A stretch of DNA of 64,000 bases from Torpedo marmorata (GCA_977017645.1 OZ360245.1:45694001-45758000); one strand, 5' to 3'; shown: positions 1-13,006, counted from the stretch's first letter. Notes: generated from the letters alone by a model not told the origin. A program made the numbers and translations.

Positions 1-188
1 CGCGCCTTAGGCCACGCCCCATCTGTGACGCGGCAGTCAGGCTCAGCCCGCCTATAAAAGGCAGAGCCGACGGCAGAATAGGCAGTTCTGTCTTGACGCT
101 CGGAGGGTGTGTATCTCCCTCCTGAGCTCCAGAACTAGAGCGACAACCAACTTGACGTGCAGAGCTATAACCGTAGCGACGCACTACA
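1..188 (+). repeat. 5' LTR (3' part only)
   Basis: Ends ...CTACA; contains TATAAAAG; direct repeat of 4141-4328. Confidence 0.93.
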
Positions 189-189
189 G

Positions 190-202
190 TGGTGACCCCG
201 AC
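190..202 (+). promoter_or_regulatory. Primer-binding site complementary to tRNA-Trp 3' end
   Basis: TGGTGACCCCGAC is the reverse complement of ...GTCGGGGTCACCA, the vertebrate tRNA-Trp 3' end. It starts 1 nt after the LTR. Confidence 0.85.
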
Positions 203-230
203 TGGTCCAAACGGCGAATTGGACCTGAAG

Positions 231-3200
231 ATGGAACAAGTTTCAATCAACGTGGTTTCGTTGAAGCTGCCGAGCTTCTGGACATCGCAGCCGCTGGTAT
301 GGTTCGAGCAAGCCAAAGCACAGTTTGCTCTTCGAAGGATCTCCGACGACACCGCCCGCTATTACCACATGGTAAGCGCCCTCGAGCAGGAGACAACGGC
401 CAGGATTGTGGACTTCCTGCGGCGTCCTCCAGAGCAGGGGAGGTATGTGGCCATCAAGGAGCTTTTGTCCTGCACTTTCGGGCTCTCGAGGTGAGAGCGG
501 GCAGCCCGATTGTTGCATATGGACGGCTTGGGGGACAGGGCCCCTTCTGCCCTCATGAGCGACATGCTTGCCTTATCAGATGACCACAGACCTTGCCTGC
601 TGTTCGAGCAGGTTTTCCTGGAGCGATTGCCAGAGGACATCCGGCTGTTGCTTGCGAAAGCGGATTTCAGCGACCCCAGGAAGGTAGCTGCCCGAGCGGA
701 CGTGCTCTGGCCGGCGAAGAAAGATGACTGTGCGACAATGGAGCAAGTATCCACGTCTCGTCCGTGGTGAACGAGTAGGCGGCCCCCCGAACAGTTGACC
801 CGCCAACCGATGGAGCCCACCGGTCAGGAGTACTGTTTCTACCACCAGCGGTGGGGTTCCGAGGCCCGTCGATGCCGTTCCCCGTGCGTTTCAGGGAAAC
901 GCCAGCGCCGGCCGCCGTTGATGGTTGCGGTGGTCGGCCTGCATCACAACCTACTCCATGTACAGGACACCCTGTCGGGCCGCCAGTTCCTGGTCGATAC
1001 TGGGGCTGAAGTCAGTGCTTTTCCCCCTTCCAGTTCTGACATCCGCAGCAGCAGGGTTGGACAAGGGCTGAGAGCGGCCAATAATTCGGATATTCGCACT
1101 TTTGGCACCCGCACCATCCCCCTCCGTTTTGGGGATAATCATTTTACCTGGAAGTTCATGCTGGCGGCGGTGCGGCAGCCGCTCTTGGGTGCGGATTTCC
1201 TTAGGGCCAATTCCCTACTAGTGGACATTAAGGGGCGAAGATTAGTGCATGCCACAACTTTTCAGACTCTTTCCCTGAGTGGGACTGAGCTCACTGCCCC
1301 CTGTCTGCACTCGGTAGCAGCTACGGACAATGAGATGGCACGGATTAGGGCCGAATTCCCTGCCATCACGACTCCACATTTTTCCTCAGCGGAACCTAGG
1401 CATGGAGTTCAGCATCATATCGTGACGACAGGACCGCCCCTTCACGCCAGGGCGCGCCGCCTTCCTCCTGAGAAGCTCAATCTCGCCAAAGAAGAGTTCC
1501 GGAAGATGGAAGAGCTGGGCATTGTGCGGCGTTCTGACAGCCCCTGGGCCTCCCCACTCTACATGGTGCCCAAGGCAGCAGGAGGTTGGAGACCATGTGG
1601 GGATTACCACCGTCTCAACGAGGCCACCACACCGGACAAATATCCGGTGCCCCACATCCAGGACTTCACCGCTAACCTACAGGGGGCACGGATATTCTCA
1701 AAGGTGGACCTCGTTAAGGGCTATCACCAGATCCCGGTCCAGCAGGAAGACATCGCCAAGACCGCCATTATCACCCCCTTTGGTCTGTTTGAGTTTCTGA
1801 GGATGCCATTCGGCCTGAAGAACGTAGCTCAAACCTTCCAGAGGTTGATGGACGTGGTGGGCCGGGATCTCAAGTTCACTTTCATTTATTTGGATGACAA
1901 ACTGATAGCCAGCTGCAATCGTGCTGAACATGCCATCCATATAAGACAGGTGTGCGCCCGCCTGAAGGAGTTCGGGCTGATAATCAAACCTGCCAAGTGC
2001 CAGTTCGGGCGGGAGTCCATCGATTTCCTGGGGCACCATATTAACAGGGATGGGGCCAGGCCACTGCCCGAAAAGGTGGAGGCCTTCCGATCATTTGCAA
2101 AGTCTGCAACGATAAAGGGCCTGCAGGAGTTTGTCGGTATGATTAACTTTTATCATCGTTTCATATCGGCAGCAGCTGGCATCATGCGTCCCTTATTCTC
2201 CCTCATGGCAGGCCCAAAGAAGAAAATCGAATGGACACAGGAGGCATCGGAGGCTTTCCAAGCCGCCAAAGACGCCCTGGCAAACGCTACCCTTCTGGTG
2301 CATCCGAGGACAGATGCCCCGACAGCCCTCACTGTGGACACCTCCAACACAGCGGTCGGGGGAGTACTTGAGCAGCTGATCGCTGGACAATGGCAGCCGC
2401 TGGCCTTTTTTAGCAAGCACCTCCGCCCACCAGAGCTCAAGTACGCGCCTTAGATCGGGAGCTCTTAGCTCTACACCTGGCGGTCCGACATTTCCGATAC
2501 TTCCTCGAGGGCAGGAGGTTCAAAATATTCACGGACCACAAGCCGCTCACCTTTGCTTTCGGCAAAGTGTCGGACCCATGGTCAGCCAGGCAGCAAAGGC
2601 ACCTGTCCTACATGTCCGAGTTCTCCACAGATATAGCACACATTGCCGGGAAGTTGAATGTGGTGGCTGACGCGCTATCCCGGCCAGCCATTCTGGAAAT
2701 ACATGCCCTCGCCCCAGGCATCGACTATGCAGCCCTGGCTGAGGCACAATGAGCAGACCTCAGCATACCTGCATACCGGACGGCAGTAACCGGTCTCCGA
2801 CTGGAGGACGTTCGCATCGGCCCAGAAAAGCAGACGCTTTTGTGCGACTCCTCGACTGGTACGCCTAGACCCGTCATACCCTCAGCATGGAGAAAACGGG
2901 TTTTTGACACGATCCACAACGTGGCGCACCCAGCCATCAGAACCATGGTTAAGATAGTGGCCAGCCGTTTCGTATGCCATGGTCTTCGTAAGGAGGTTAG
3001 TCAGTGGGCCAAGACCTGCACGCATTGCCAGGCGTCAAAGGTGCAGACGCACATTAAAGCCCCTCTCCAGTCATTCGAGCTGGCCCGACGGAGGTTCAGC
3101 CATGTGCATGTGGACATTGTGGGCCCACTGCCAGTAACAAGAGGTGCTCGATACCTATTGACCATGAAGGATCGTCTGACTAGGTGGCCGGAAGCAGTCC

Positions 3201-3976
3201 CGCTTGTGGAAACATCTGCAGAGTCGTGTGCCAGGGCCTTGCTAAGCACCTGGGTGGCGTGGTTTGGAGTCCCGGAGCACCTTACGTCGGACAGAGGTGC
3301 CCAGTTCACCTCCAGCCTGTGGCCGGCCTTGGCCAACACCCTGGGAACACAACTCCATCATACTACGGCATACCATCCTCAGGCCAACGGGTTGGTGGAG
3401 AGGTTCCACAGGCACCTCAAGGCGGCCCTCATGGCTCGGCTCACGGGATCGCACTGGACTGATGAACTGCCTTGGGTTCTCCTGGGCATCCGCACCGCGC
3501 CCAAAGACTATTTTGACGTGTCTGCAGCGGAAATGGTCTATGGCGCACCCCTGGTCATCCCGGGTGAGTTCCTGGCCGACGCCCGGAACACAGAGGACAC
3601 TCCAGCGGTAGCCCTGACTCGTCTGCGGCAACGACTGGGTACGCTGGCCCCGGCACAGCCCAGGGCGCACGGCCAGCCTAAAACTTATGTTCCAAAGAAC
3701 TTGAAGGACTGCAGGCATGTGTTTATAAGGCGAGGGGCACATCGGCCACCACTCCAACGACCGTACGAAGGGCCGTACCGGGTTATCAAACACAACGGCT
3801 CCACTTGTGTTATAGATGTTGGCGGTAGGGAGGAAACGGTCGCGGTTGACCGACTCAAGCCAGCACACCTGGACCCTGGCCAACCAGTCAATCACCCTAT
3901 ACCACGCCGCAGGGGGCGGCCTCCCAAGGACAAGGCCACCGCACAGATCGCCGGTTCTGTGGGGGGGGTCGTGTAG
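231..3976 (+). pseudogene. Gypsy gag-pol, disrupted
   Basis: Gag ATG at 231 (KLPSFW...WFEQAKAQF; CFYHQRWG...C knuckle). In-frame TGA stops at 492, 768 and 2750, plus a frameshift at ~2445 in RNase H (KY/DRELLALYLAV). The integrase stop (TAG 3974-3976) lies inside the 3' LTR. Confidence 0.92.
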
Positions 3977-4328
3977 CGGCCCGCAACCTACTCCGCAGGC
4001 CGATACAGAGAGCCGTGTTCGAACACGGTGATCGCGCAGGTGGCACGTGATTCGGACAGCCCATTCCCATAGGCCACAACGGCAACGAGGGAACGGTCCA
4101 ATCCCTAAGGATGGATCGTGGCCCGACCAATCCTGGGCATCGTGCCTTAGGTCACGCCCCATCCGTGACGCGGCAGTCAGGCTCGGCCCGCCTATAAAAG
4201 GCAGAGCCGAAGGCAGAATAGGCAGTTCTGTCTTGACGCTCGGAGGAAGTGTATCTCTCTCCTGAGCTCCAGAACTAGAGCGACGACCAACTCGACGCGC
4301 AGAGCTATAACCGTAGCGACGCGCTACA
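3972..4328 (+). repeat. 3' LTR (357 bp)
   Basis: TGTAGCG...CGCTACA terminal inverted repeat, preceded by a poly-G PPT. Confidence 0.93.
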
Positions 4329-6229
4329 CTGTAATATTTAGAAATTTGATTGTGTATCTTGAAAATGGCAGTGGTTCCTTGCAGTCTGTGAAATACCTAT
4401 TTAATGTGACTCTGATTTGCTTCTTGAAGACAATTTGTCATCTCTCTGCCCCTGCTGCTTGTTGCATGTGTTTAGCCAATTATGTGGCACTCTCACAATC
4501 ACCTCTTTAACACTCACATTGCTTGATGATTAATCTGTGCTCATTAAACACTTTTTAGCATTTTCCCTTTAATGGTCAATTCTGAATGCTTCCCAGCACA
4601 GGTTAAATTGACTAGCCCGAAGAGTGTGTTTATTTGCAGTTTTCTATTCCTCTGGCATTATCTTGAATCTAAAGATAGATGGAAATTCAAGTTGTCTGGC
4701 TATTTACACTTGTTTCTTTCAGCATCCAAGTATGCATTCTAGATGAACCTGTGAATTTAACTACAAATACAACTAGCATTTCCATCCTTTCAGAAATCTC
4801 CATTGTTCTCTTCACCCATCCTTCTGTACCTTTTTAAAATGTTTTGTTTCTCATTTTCTTTCTGATCATTGAGTTTTAACATTTCTCTCACTGCCGATGC
4901 TGCCTACCTGCCAAATATTTTCAAATTTTTTCACCCTTTCTAGTACCTTCAGTCAATTGCTGGTCTATCCGTCTCTGTCTTGTATTGTAGCAATGGTACC
5001 ATCTCCTTTTTAGTGGAGGCAGATGCATGGTACTCAATACCTCAGTCATGCCCTCTGCCTCTATTTTGATCCTTAATGCATCCCATCCTTCTTGTAGCCT
5101 GTTCAATACTTGTATGCTGATGGAAGACAATAAAGTTACCTTTTGTTTGCTATCTGAAACCTAGACTTTTTTTTCCTCCTTTACCCTCAGATTTTGATAT
5201 TCAGCATGATTTTCATGTTTTGTCAACCTGACATCTGTCATCTGCCCTCCTTTTCTCCTTCATCTTTAATCATTTTCATCCAAGGATCTCTGACTTTGTT
5301 TCCTTGTGACTGATGACCTACCGGTAGTCTGTATTGCTTTAATTATAAACATTTATTATTTTCCTTGCAATTTTTTTACTCTTTAATTTATCTGCACTAC
5401 ATTTTCAACTCCACATATTTGCCCTTCTTCTTTCATTCCATTGTTATTTTCTCAACATAGAAACTGAGTCCTAAATATTCACCCACTTGTTCTACGTGAC
5501 TATTTTCATTTTTGAGAAACTGATCCAAAAAATGCCTCCTTCCTCATTTGGGCAGGAGCATATGATTGGAAGAAAATCTCTAAGAACACATTTAAGAAAT
5601 TCTTCATCTTTTATTACTTAATTAAGTTGACATTGGGACATTTGAAGTCCCTGTTAGCCCAACTCTGGTTCTTGAACATAAAAATTCTCCTCAAACTTGC
5701 TCATCCTTATCCTATTGCTTATCATATCCTTCCCATTTCAAATTTCATTTGAGGTTGAGAAACTTTACTGTTCTAAATTTAAATATAGGCAATTGTGTTG
5801 GTGTGCAGAAAGCTGACTAAGATAGGAAATAGATTAAAGGGCAAAGCAGAGATCACCGGAGGTGGATAATTAAGGAGTCATTTCATAAATCTCAGCAGCA
5901 CTATGTCCAGGTGAGAAAGAGAAGCTGTATTGAGAAGATACCCAGTGTGTAACTAAGGATGGTGTCCCAATTGGAAAAAAAAATGCAATATTGTGATGAG
6001 TGGTAGGTCAAAGCAATTTAGAAACTAGCAAAGGGTGATTTTTTTAAAAGTAGAAAAAAGGGGAAGATGGAGCATGAGACTAAACTAGCAAATGATATAA
6101 AAGTGGACAGCAAGAGCTTTGGAGGAGGACTCCAGGGGAATTACTAATTGTAATGGTGAAATGGATCTATGTGGTAGAAACTAAAAGTATTCTGTTAATC
6201 AAAAGGAGGATGTTTTTGACAATGCAAGG

Positions 6230-6890
6230 TAAAAATGTTTTCAGCAGCAAAAGCCTATCAACCCTGCTAACTATTAAAACTTGAGAACTGAAGGATTACT
6301 GTGTGCTCTGCTTCACTTTCCACTCCTGACTGCCTAACCACTGGAGGGCTTAATCCACCAGAGGGGCCACACAACATCCTCTGGAAAGGCAAAAGACAGT
6401 GGTGTCTGCTTCTTCATCAAAAAGCATCTGCGTGCTGCTCGAATGTGGCAGTCCTGGTGAGCTTCCATAACCCGGACCTGGAATACTTAACTGTGAAGTG
6501 GTGTCCCTGCAATGGGAATGCACGGGCTATACTGACCGCCTACATCCCACTCCAGGTGAAAGTGAAGCTGACGCTAGATGAACTATTCATCTCCATCAAC
6601 AACATTGAAATGAACTATCTTGAAGCTGTGTTTTTCATAGCTGGGGACTTCAACCAAGCCAACTTAAACCTTGGTCTCCACTGCAGATGTCTGAATGGCC
6701 TTCTGGAAAGTGAACCGGCGTAAAACAACTGGATGTGACTTTCTTGCTTGCGCAGACCAGCTGGTGGGAGTATTCACCGGTATCTTCAACCTCTCCCTGT
6801 TACAGGCAGAAGTACCCACCTGCTTCAAGAAGGCCATTATCAATCATCCCGGTACTGAAGAAGAACATAGAGATGGGCCTAAATGACTTG
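6230..6890 (+). mobile_element. Degraded, internally deleted Rex1/Babar-like LINE
   Basis: APE motif (AYIP...IAGDFNQANL) joined to the RT N-terminal motif CADQLVGVFTGIFNLSLLQAEVPTCFKK. Confidence 0.7.
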
Positions 6891-7313
6891 TAGAATTCAT
6901 CTCAACTGTTCCTTGAGTTCCAGAAACCATTTTTGCGCAATGTGCCATCTCTCTTTCATTTTATCGTCTGTTCAAAATCGATTTGAATGTGGAGTCAGTT
7001 GATCGCATATTTGCAAACAAATCTGAGGTTTGATCCTCTGCTCTGGTTGGGCTGTGGGTGAGGAAGTGGAATAAAACGGTAAGTGTTTGAGTCAGGAATA
7101 CTTTTTATCAACCTTAAAATCACCACATTTTCTTTGAATACTGTTTATAAAGACCAAAATTCACTTCTCGCTAGCCTTCCTGGTGGAATGACAGTGACAG
7201 GTTTGAATGGGTGGGGGGGGGTGGTGTTGGGGGGGAGAAGGAGATAAGTGGAGTAATAAAGTGCTTTGTTTTGCCATGCTATTGTTTTTTTTCTTTTGTG
7301 GCATCCTCTCTAG

Positions 7314-7428
7314 GAAAAGTCAAAATCAAAGAGCAATCTTGAATCAAAAGGTACAAAGGGAGATAAAGGCTTCCCACTGCTGCCTGTGTCTGACAATAGT
7401 TCCTCTCCTATTCTTCTGGAGCTAAACG
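7314..7428 (+). CDS. BCL7B: BCL7B internal exon (orthologue of exon 3)
   Basis: tag|GAAAAG...AACG|gtgagt. EKSKSKSNLESKGTKGDKGFPLLPVSDNSSSPILLELN resembles human EKEKSKSN...NGFPSDASANSSLLLEFQ. Its phase fits the next exon. Confidence 0.85.
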
Positions 7429-9241
7429 GTGAGTGTATGCTCAAACTTCTTTGTGATGTTCTGAGAATTACAGTATAAGGGAGGGGCAATTTGTTTGATT
7501 TGTCTTTACTTGGGGTTTGGGTAATATTTGTGAGGTGGGATTTTGTGTTAGCTGAAGTGTAAAATATTTTCTGAGAGCTTTGAGAAAGACTTGTGTAGTG
7601 AGGCTAGACTTAGTCGGAATATTGGTGTCTTCACATGAAAGAAACTAAAAAAATTCCAGTTAAGATTTCGCCAGCTAAGATTTTTCATGATTTTTTTCCC
7701 CCCAGAGATTGTCTCAAAAACAGATTTTATTGAATTTCCTCTTGCCATATGGAATTTGAATTTTTGATTAGTTCAACTTTTATACAGCTTGTGCTAATTG
7801 GTGAAGAACTGTAAAAACCGAGTAACCGTTTGATATTTCTGTGTTGCTGCTTTGGAGCATTTCAAAGTTCTTGTTCCCACATACATAATGTTCCAGGCCT
7901 TGTTCAGTATGGCAGCACCAAAATGCACAGGAAGCTCTGGAATAGGCAACCATGCAAATTCGTGAAATGAAGCCTGCACTCTTGAGGAAGAAGAGGCCAT
8001 GCCATTGCAAAGAAAGATTGAAGCATGGACTACTCCAGGATTAGTAACGCATTGGCTGCCTATTTATAGAGCAATGTAGATAGAAGAGCTTGAAATAATG
8101 CAAGAGTTGAATAAATAACTGTAAAAATGGGATCACTAACCTCAGAATCAACTGGTGCAAAGAAATTTGTTGTTTGCTTTTAATTATATACTTTTTCTTT
8201 TTCAATCTTTTTATTGGTTTTAGAGGAAAAAAATCAAATACATAGATACATATGATATAAAGTTCAGGTAAAAGTAAATTAAAATTACAGATAGTAAACA
8301 ACGGTAAACAAGATACATGATCCATGTTATTGATTTTTTTTTAAAAAAAAGAAAAGAAAAAAATCTACAACTAATCTAATTTCTAACCCCAACCTATTAT
8401 AAGAGCGATTCCTATTTAAGCCAGGCGTCAACTACTAATTTCAATACTAATAGTAATGAAGAAAAGGAGAAAAAAAAATAAGATTTTTAATAACAAGCAA
8501 AAATAATTGATCTATAAATTTTTTTTAAAAATATTTTATTTAAAATTTTTAATCACACGATAGTACATATTTAGAAATTTCAGAAATATCAAAATACATG
8601 TGATATATTTTCACCCTCCCCTCCCTTCCCCTAACCCACCCACCCCTACTACTCTATATTTAAAAAAAGAAGAAAAAAAAGAATAGATAGATAGTGGAGA
8701 ATGTCAATCTAAAAGAAAACAACTATACATTAATTTTATTGTGGAACACAGGTTAGCCAGTCAGACCCGATGGCAAGAGATTCAAATCTTTAAACCCACA
8801 GTTTTTATATATGGGCTCCATACCATCAAAAAAAAAAAAGATATTTATTACATAAATTATAAGTAATTTTTTCAAGTGGTATGCATGAACGAAGTTCTGC
8901 ATGCCATCTTTCTCACCCTAAATTAACATCAGGTTTCCATGTAATAGCAACGCATTTCCTTGAAACAGCTAAAGCAATTTGCAAAAATTCTATTTGGTAC
9001 ATATTTAATCTCATTTTAATACTAATTCTTTTAATATTTCCAAACAAAAATATCATAGGATTCATTGGGAGTGTAATTCTTAATACTTTATCTAAAAACT
9101 TTTTAACTTTCAACCAAAAAGCATATATCTTTGGACAAAACCACGTAGAATGTACAAAAGAACCTTCTTCCCTATTACATCTGAAGCATAAATCTGATAA
9201 TCTCGAGTTAAATTTCTTTAATTCCTTAGGCGTTAAATTTA

Positions 9242-10131
9242 CCGTATTTGACGGCATATAAGACCCCCCCCCTTTTATTAACCAAAAAATCGCCTCAAAA
9301 ACTACCCCGGGTCTTATACGCGAAGGTGACATTTTGGTGCCGCCATTTTGGGCACTGAGTGGAGTCCAGGAAGCGGGTCCGCAGCTTTGCGGACCAAATT
9401 CCCTTGGGTGGCCCGTGCTTTCAGGACTCGCCGCTGCTCACTTCCCCGGTAAGAAGGCTCGCTCTCTCCCTCCCGTTCACTCTCCCTACCCGTTCGCTCT
9501 CCCCGCACTCGCCCGTTCGCTCTCCCCGCACTCGCCCGTTCGCTCTCCCCGCACTCGCCCGTTCGCTCTCCCCGCACTCGCCCGTTCTCTCCCCGCCCGT
9601 TCGCTCTCACCAACAGTGCTTTGAGGGGAGCACTGGGCCTCGATGATCAGCCTTTGTTCGACGAACACGAACCATCGAGCGAATTGAATGAGGGGCGAGT
9701 GGCGGTGAGCGAGCAGCCTGTCAAGCTCAGCTCAACAGGCCGCCCGCTCGCTCACTGCCACCCGCGCCTCATTCAATCTGTTTGGGGGGCCGTGCGCGTC
9801 GAGCAAAGGCGCAGCGTGGAGCCTGATAACCGAGGCCCAGCGCTCCCCTCAAAGCAAGCGATCGATCGTCTGCTCCCCACGACGGTGGGCCTGGGCCCTG
9901 CCCGTTGTCCTGGCTTCTTTCCCTCCCACCCTCGCGCGCCCGCAGGTCCTGTCACACCTGTCAATCAATTAGTGTCTGGACGGTGGGGGGAAAGCAGCCT
10001 GAGCCTTGGCGGGCAGGAGGATGTGTTGCTGCTGTGAAGGTAAATACACTAAAACAATTTTTTCCTGAAATCTCACGCTAAAAATGGGGGGGTCCTGTAT
10101 GCCAGTGGGTCCTATATGCCGTCAAATACGG
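9242..10131. mobile_element. Non-autonomous Tc1/mariner (Tc2/pogo-like) DNA transposon
   Basis: TIRs CCGTATTTGACGGCATATAAGACCC and GGGTCCTATATGCCGTCAAATACGG, flanked by TA on both sides. Removing it restores the LINE frame (LHQL-NLTPKEL). Confidence 0.9.
9470..9608. repeat. 23-bp GC-rich tandem repeat inside the transposon
   Basis: CGCCCGTTCGCTCTCCCCGCACT, about 5-6 copies. Confidence 0.9.
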
Positions 10132-11318
10132 TAATTGATGCAAAAAAATTATATTGTACTAACCTACATCTAACATTAATAATTTTAGTCATACTTTTTT
10201 TACATATTTCTTTCCAATGTTCCTCATCTATTGTTATATTCAAATCTGATTCCCATTTTAATCTTGATTTATGAATTCCTGGTTTAGGCTTTTTCTTTTT
10301 GTAACAATTTATACATTTGAGAAATAAATTTATTTATACCCCATTAGTAACTAGTAACTCCAATTCACTTTGCCTTGGTAAAATTAAACTATGACCCAAC
10401 ATTTCAACTAAAAATGCTCTCATTTGATAATAAGCAAAGAGTGTTTATTTAGTGCATTAAACTTCTCTTTCATTCTTTGAAAAGTGATAAATTTACTAGC
10501 TACAAAACAATCACTTACTTTTTTAATCCCTTTTTGAAACCAAGTTTTAAACAATTGATTATCCATAGTAAATGGGATAAGTTTATTTTGATACAAAGGC
10601 ATTTTACGAGAAATTAACCCTTTCCCTCCTATCTCCCTATCCACTTTATTCCATATTTCTAACAAATGCTTTAAAATAAGAGTGTTTACCCCATCTTAAT
10701 AGCAATTTGGAATTCCATTTATAAATAACTCCTTCTTTCGAATCTTCTCCTATATTATTTAATTCTATTCTAATCCAAGCAGAAGATTTTTCTAAATCAA
10801 ACATTTCATTAATAAATTTTAATTGAGCTGCCTTATAGTAATTTTGAAAATTGGGATGTTGTAAACCTCCCATTTCATAATTACAAGTTAATTTCTCCAT
10901 ACCTGCTCTAGCCAACTTTCCTTTCCACAAAAATTTCCTAATAATTAAATTTAAATCCTTGAAGTTTTTTTGAGGAATTTCATAAGGAATTGATTGAAAA
11001 AGATATTGAATTCTTAGAAAAACATTCATTTTAATACAATTTACCCTTCCTATTAAAGTTATAGGTAAATCTTTCCAACTCTCTAAATCTTTTTTTAATA
11101 TTAGTAAATAATTTAATTTATATAAATTACCTAATTTTGTATCTATTTTTATTCCCAAATATTTAATTCCATTATTTGACCATTTAAAACGAGTAATTTC
11201 TTTACATTTATTATAATCTCTTTACGTCAATGCCATAATTTCACTTTTATCAGAATTAATCTTATAACCAGATATTTCCCCATATTCTCTCAATAAAAGA
11301 GTCAATTGTGTTAAAGAA

Positions 11319-12270
11319 CGTCTCCTCCTCACTGATTATCAACACGGGCACCCCAAGGATGCGTGCTTAGTCCACTGCTCTACTCGTTATACACCATGAA
11401 TGTGTGGCCAGGCACAATTCCAATGCCATCTACAAGTTTGCTGATGACACCACAGTTGTCGGCAGAATCACAAACGGCAATGAGGAAGCGTACAAGAGGG
11501 AGATAGATTAGCTCGTTGAATGGTGTAACGACAACAACCTTGAGCTCAACGTCAGCAAAACCAAGGAAATGATTGTGGACTTCAGGAGGAAGTCAGGGGA
11601 ACATGACCCAGTCCTCATCAAGGGCTCAGTAGTGGAGAGGGTCAAGAACTTCAAATTCCTGGGTGTCAACATCTCCGAGGATCTGTCCTGGAGCCTCCAC
11701 TTTGATGCAATCACAAAGAAGGCTCGCCAGCGGCTATACTTTGTGAGGTGTCTGAGGAGATTCGGTATGTCACCGAAGACTCTCGTAAACTTCTACAGGT
11801 GTACTGTGGAGAGCATTCTGGCTGGTTGCATCACTGTCTGGTATGAAGGCGCCAACTCTCAGGACAAGAATAAACTCCAGAGGGTTGTTAACTCAGCCTG
11901 TGACATCACAGGCACCAGACTTCACTCCATCGAGGACATCTACATGAGGCGGTGTCTTAAAAAAGCAGCCTCTATCCTCAAAGACCCCCACCACCCAGGC
12001 CATGCCCTCTTCACTCTGCTACCATCGGGGAAAAAAAGTACAGGAGCCTAAAGTCGAGCACTCAACGGCACAAGGACAGCTTCTTCCCTGCTGCCATCAG
12101 ATTCCTGAATAATCAATGAACCAAAGACACTGCCTTACTTTTCGTGCACTATTATTTATATTTTTTTATAGTAATGTCGTAAGATGGTTATAATATGAAT
12201 GTTTGCACTATGATGCTGCCGCAAAACACCAAATTTCATGACTTGTTCATGACAATAAATTCTGATTCTT
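11319..12270 (+). mobile_element. 5'-truncated Rex1/Babar-like LINE
   Basis: [28 protein letters not shown] and KARQRLYF motifs; 3' tail GACAATAAATTCTGATTCT. Confidence 0.9.
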
Positions 12271-12368
12271 AAATACTTGTAGAAGATGCCAATTGAAAAA
12301 ACATGATTCTGCCCGATTTTCTGCTTGTGATCCTTTCTTTCTCATCCAAATGTCTTTTAATTTTTCAG

Positions 12369-12539
12369 ATGAGACCAGTAATCAGAGTTCCCTGTCAGAT
12401 GCTTACCAGGTAAAAGTGGACAGCAGTACAAACTCGAGTCCCAGCCCAGAGCAAAGTGAGCCTGTCAGCCCAACACTTCTGTCTGATTTTAAAGCAGATG
12501 ACTCTCAACCTCCCATGCTTGGGCAGGAAATTCTGGAAG
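12369..12539 (+). CDS. BCL7B: BCL7B exon (orthologue of exon 4)
   Basis: tttttcag|AT...GAAG|gtatga, 171 bp. DETSNQSSLSDAYQVKVDSSTNSSPSPEQSEPVSP...DDSQPPMLGQEILE is nearly identical to recalled human BCL7B. Confidence 0.95.
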
Positions 12540-12685
12540 GTATGAAGAGCATTGGGAATTATTGTTTTTGTTACTGTGTAATTGTGAACTTTCAGAGTAT
12601 TAGATGGGTATTTAATGTAACTAGACACTTCACAAAGGTATGTAGAATGTGGTGAATTGGTAGAGGTGCATATATTAGGTTAAGA

Positions 12686-13006
12686 CAGTAGGTCCAAAAA
12701 TCCAGATGCCAGAAATCCGGACCGCACGAGAATCCGGACTTTTCGAAAACTCTCAAACTTTTTAAATTTAGCAGGATTTTGTGTGTGTGTGCGCACAGCG
12801 GCAACAAGTGACCACTTTATTTTTCTTTAAAACTGCTTGTTTTGATAAATGAATCATGCAGTATTTGCTAATGAATAAACTATCAAAATTTACCCTATCA
12901 TCTCTTTATTCCTCATTAAATTTGAATTTTAAATGTACTGACCGAGAATCCTGAAAATCCGGACCGGCCCAATTCCCGAGCAGTCTGGATTTTCGGACTT
13001 CTACTG
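12686..13006. mobile_element. Tigger/pogo-like MITE
   Basis: Imperfect TIRs CAGTAGGTCCAAAAATCCAGA and TCTGGATTTTCGGACTTCTACTG; TA on the right side. Confidence 0.7.

Larger units (their letters stand above)
1..4328 (+). mobile_element. Ty3/Gypsy LTR retrotransposon, near full length, disabled; 5' LTR cut by window edge
   Basis: 1-188 matches 4141-4328 (12 mismatches in 188). PBS at 190-202, G-rich PPT at 3961-3971. Internal domain order gag, PR ([10 protein letters not shown]), RT (FIYLDD), RNase H, INT (HHCC + DDE). No env. Confidence 0.96.
8190..11318 (-). mobile_element. AT-rich L1/Tx1-clade LINE, 3' part, interrupted by a DNA transposon
   Basis: KYLGI...W..LP.TLIGRVNCIKMNV...QYLFQ and FLWKGK motifs; C-terminal CFRC..EEGSFVHSTWFCPK zinc knuckle; T-rich tails on + at ~8190 and ~8520. 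Confidence 0.85.

Noticed and set aside
107-4265. Alternative-frame and antisense ORFs over the Gypsy element (e.g. 3242-4162, 306 aa)
   Set aside because: Shadow ORFs of GC-rich pol sequence; no env-like hydrophobic pattern.
9314-10037. ORFs inside the TIR element as a transposase
   Set aside because: Low-complexity repeat translations with no HTH or DDE motif.
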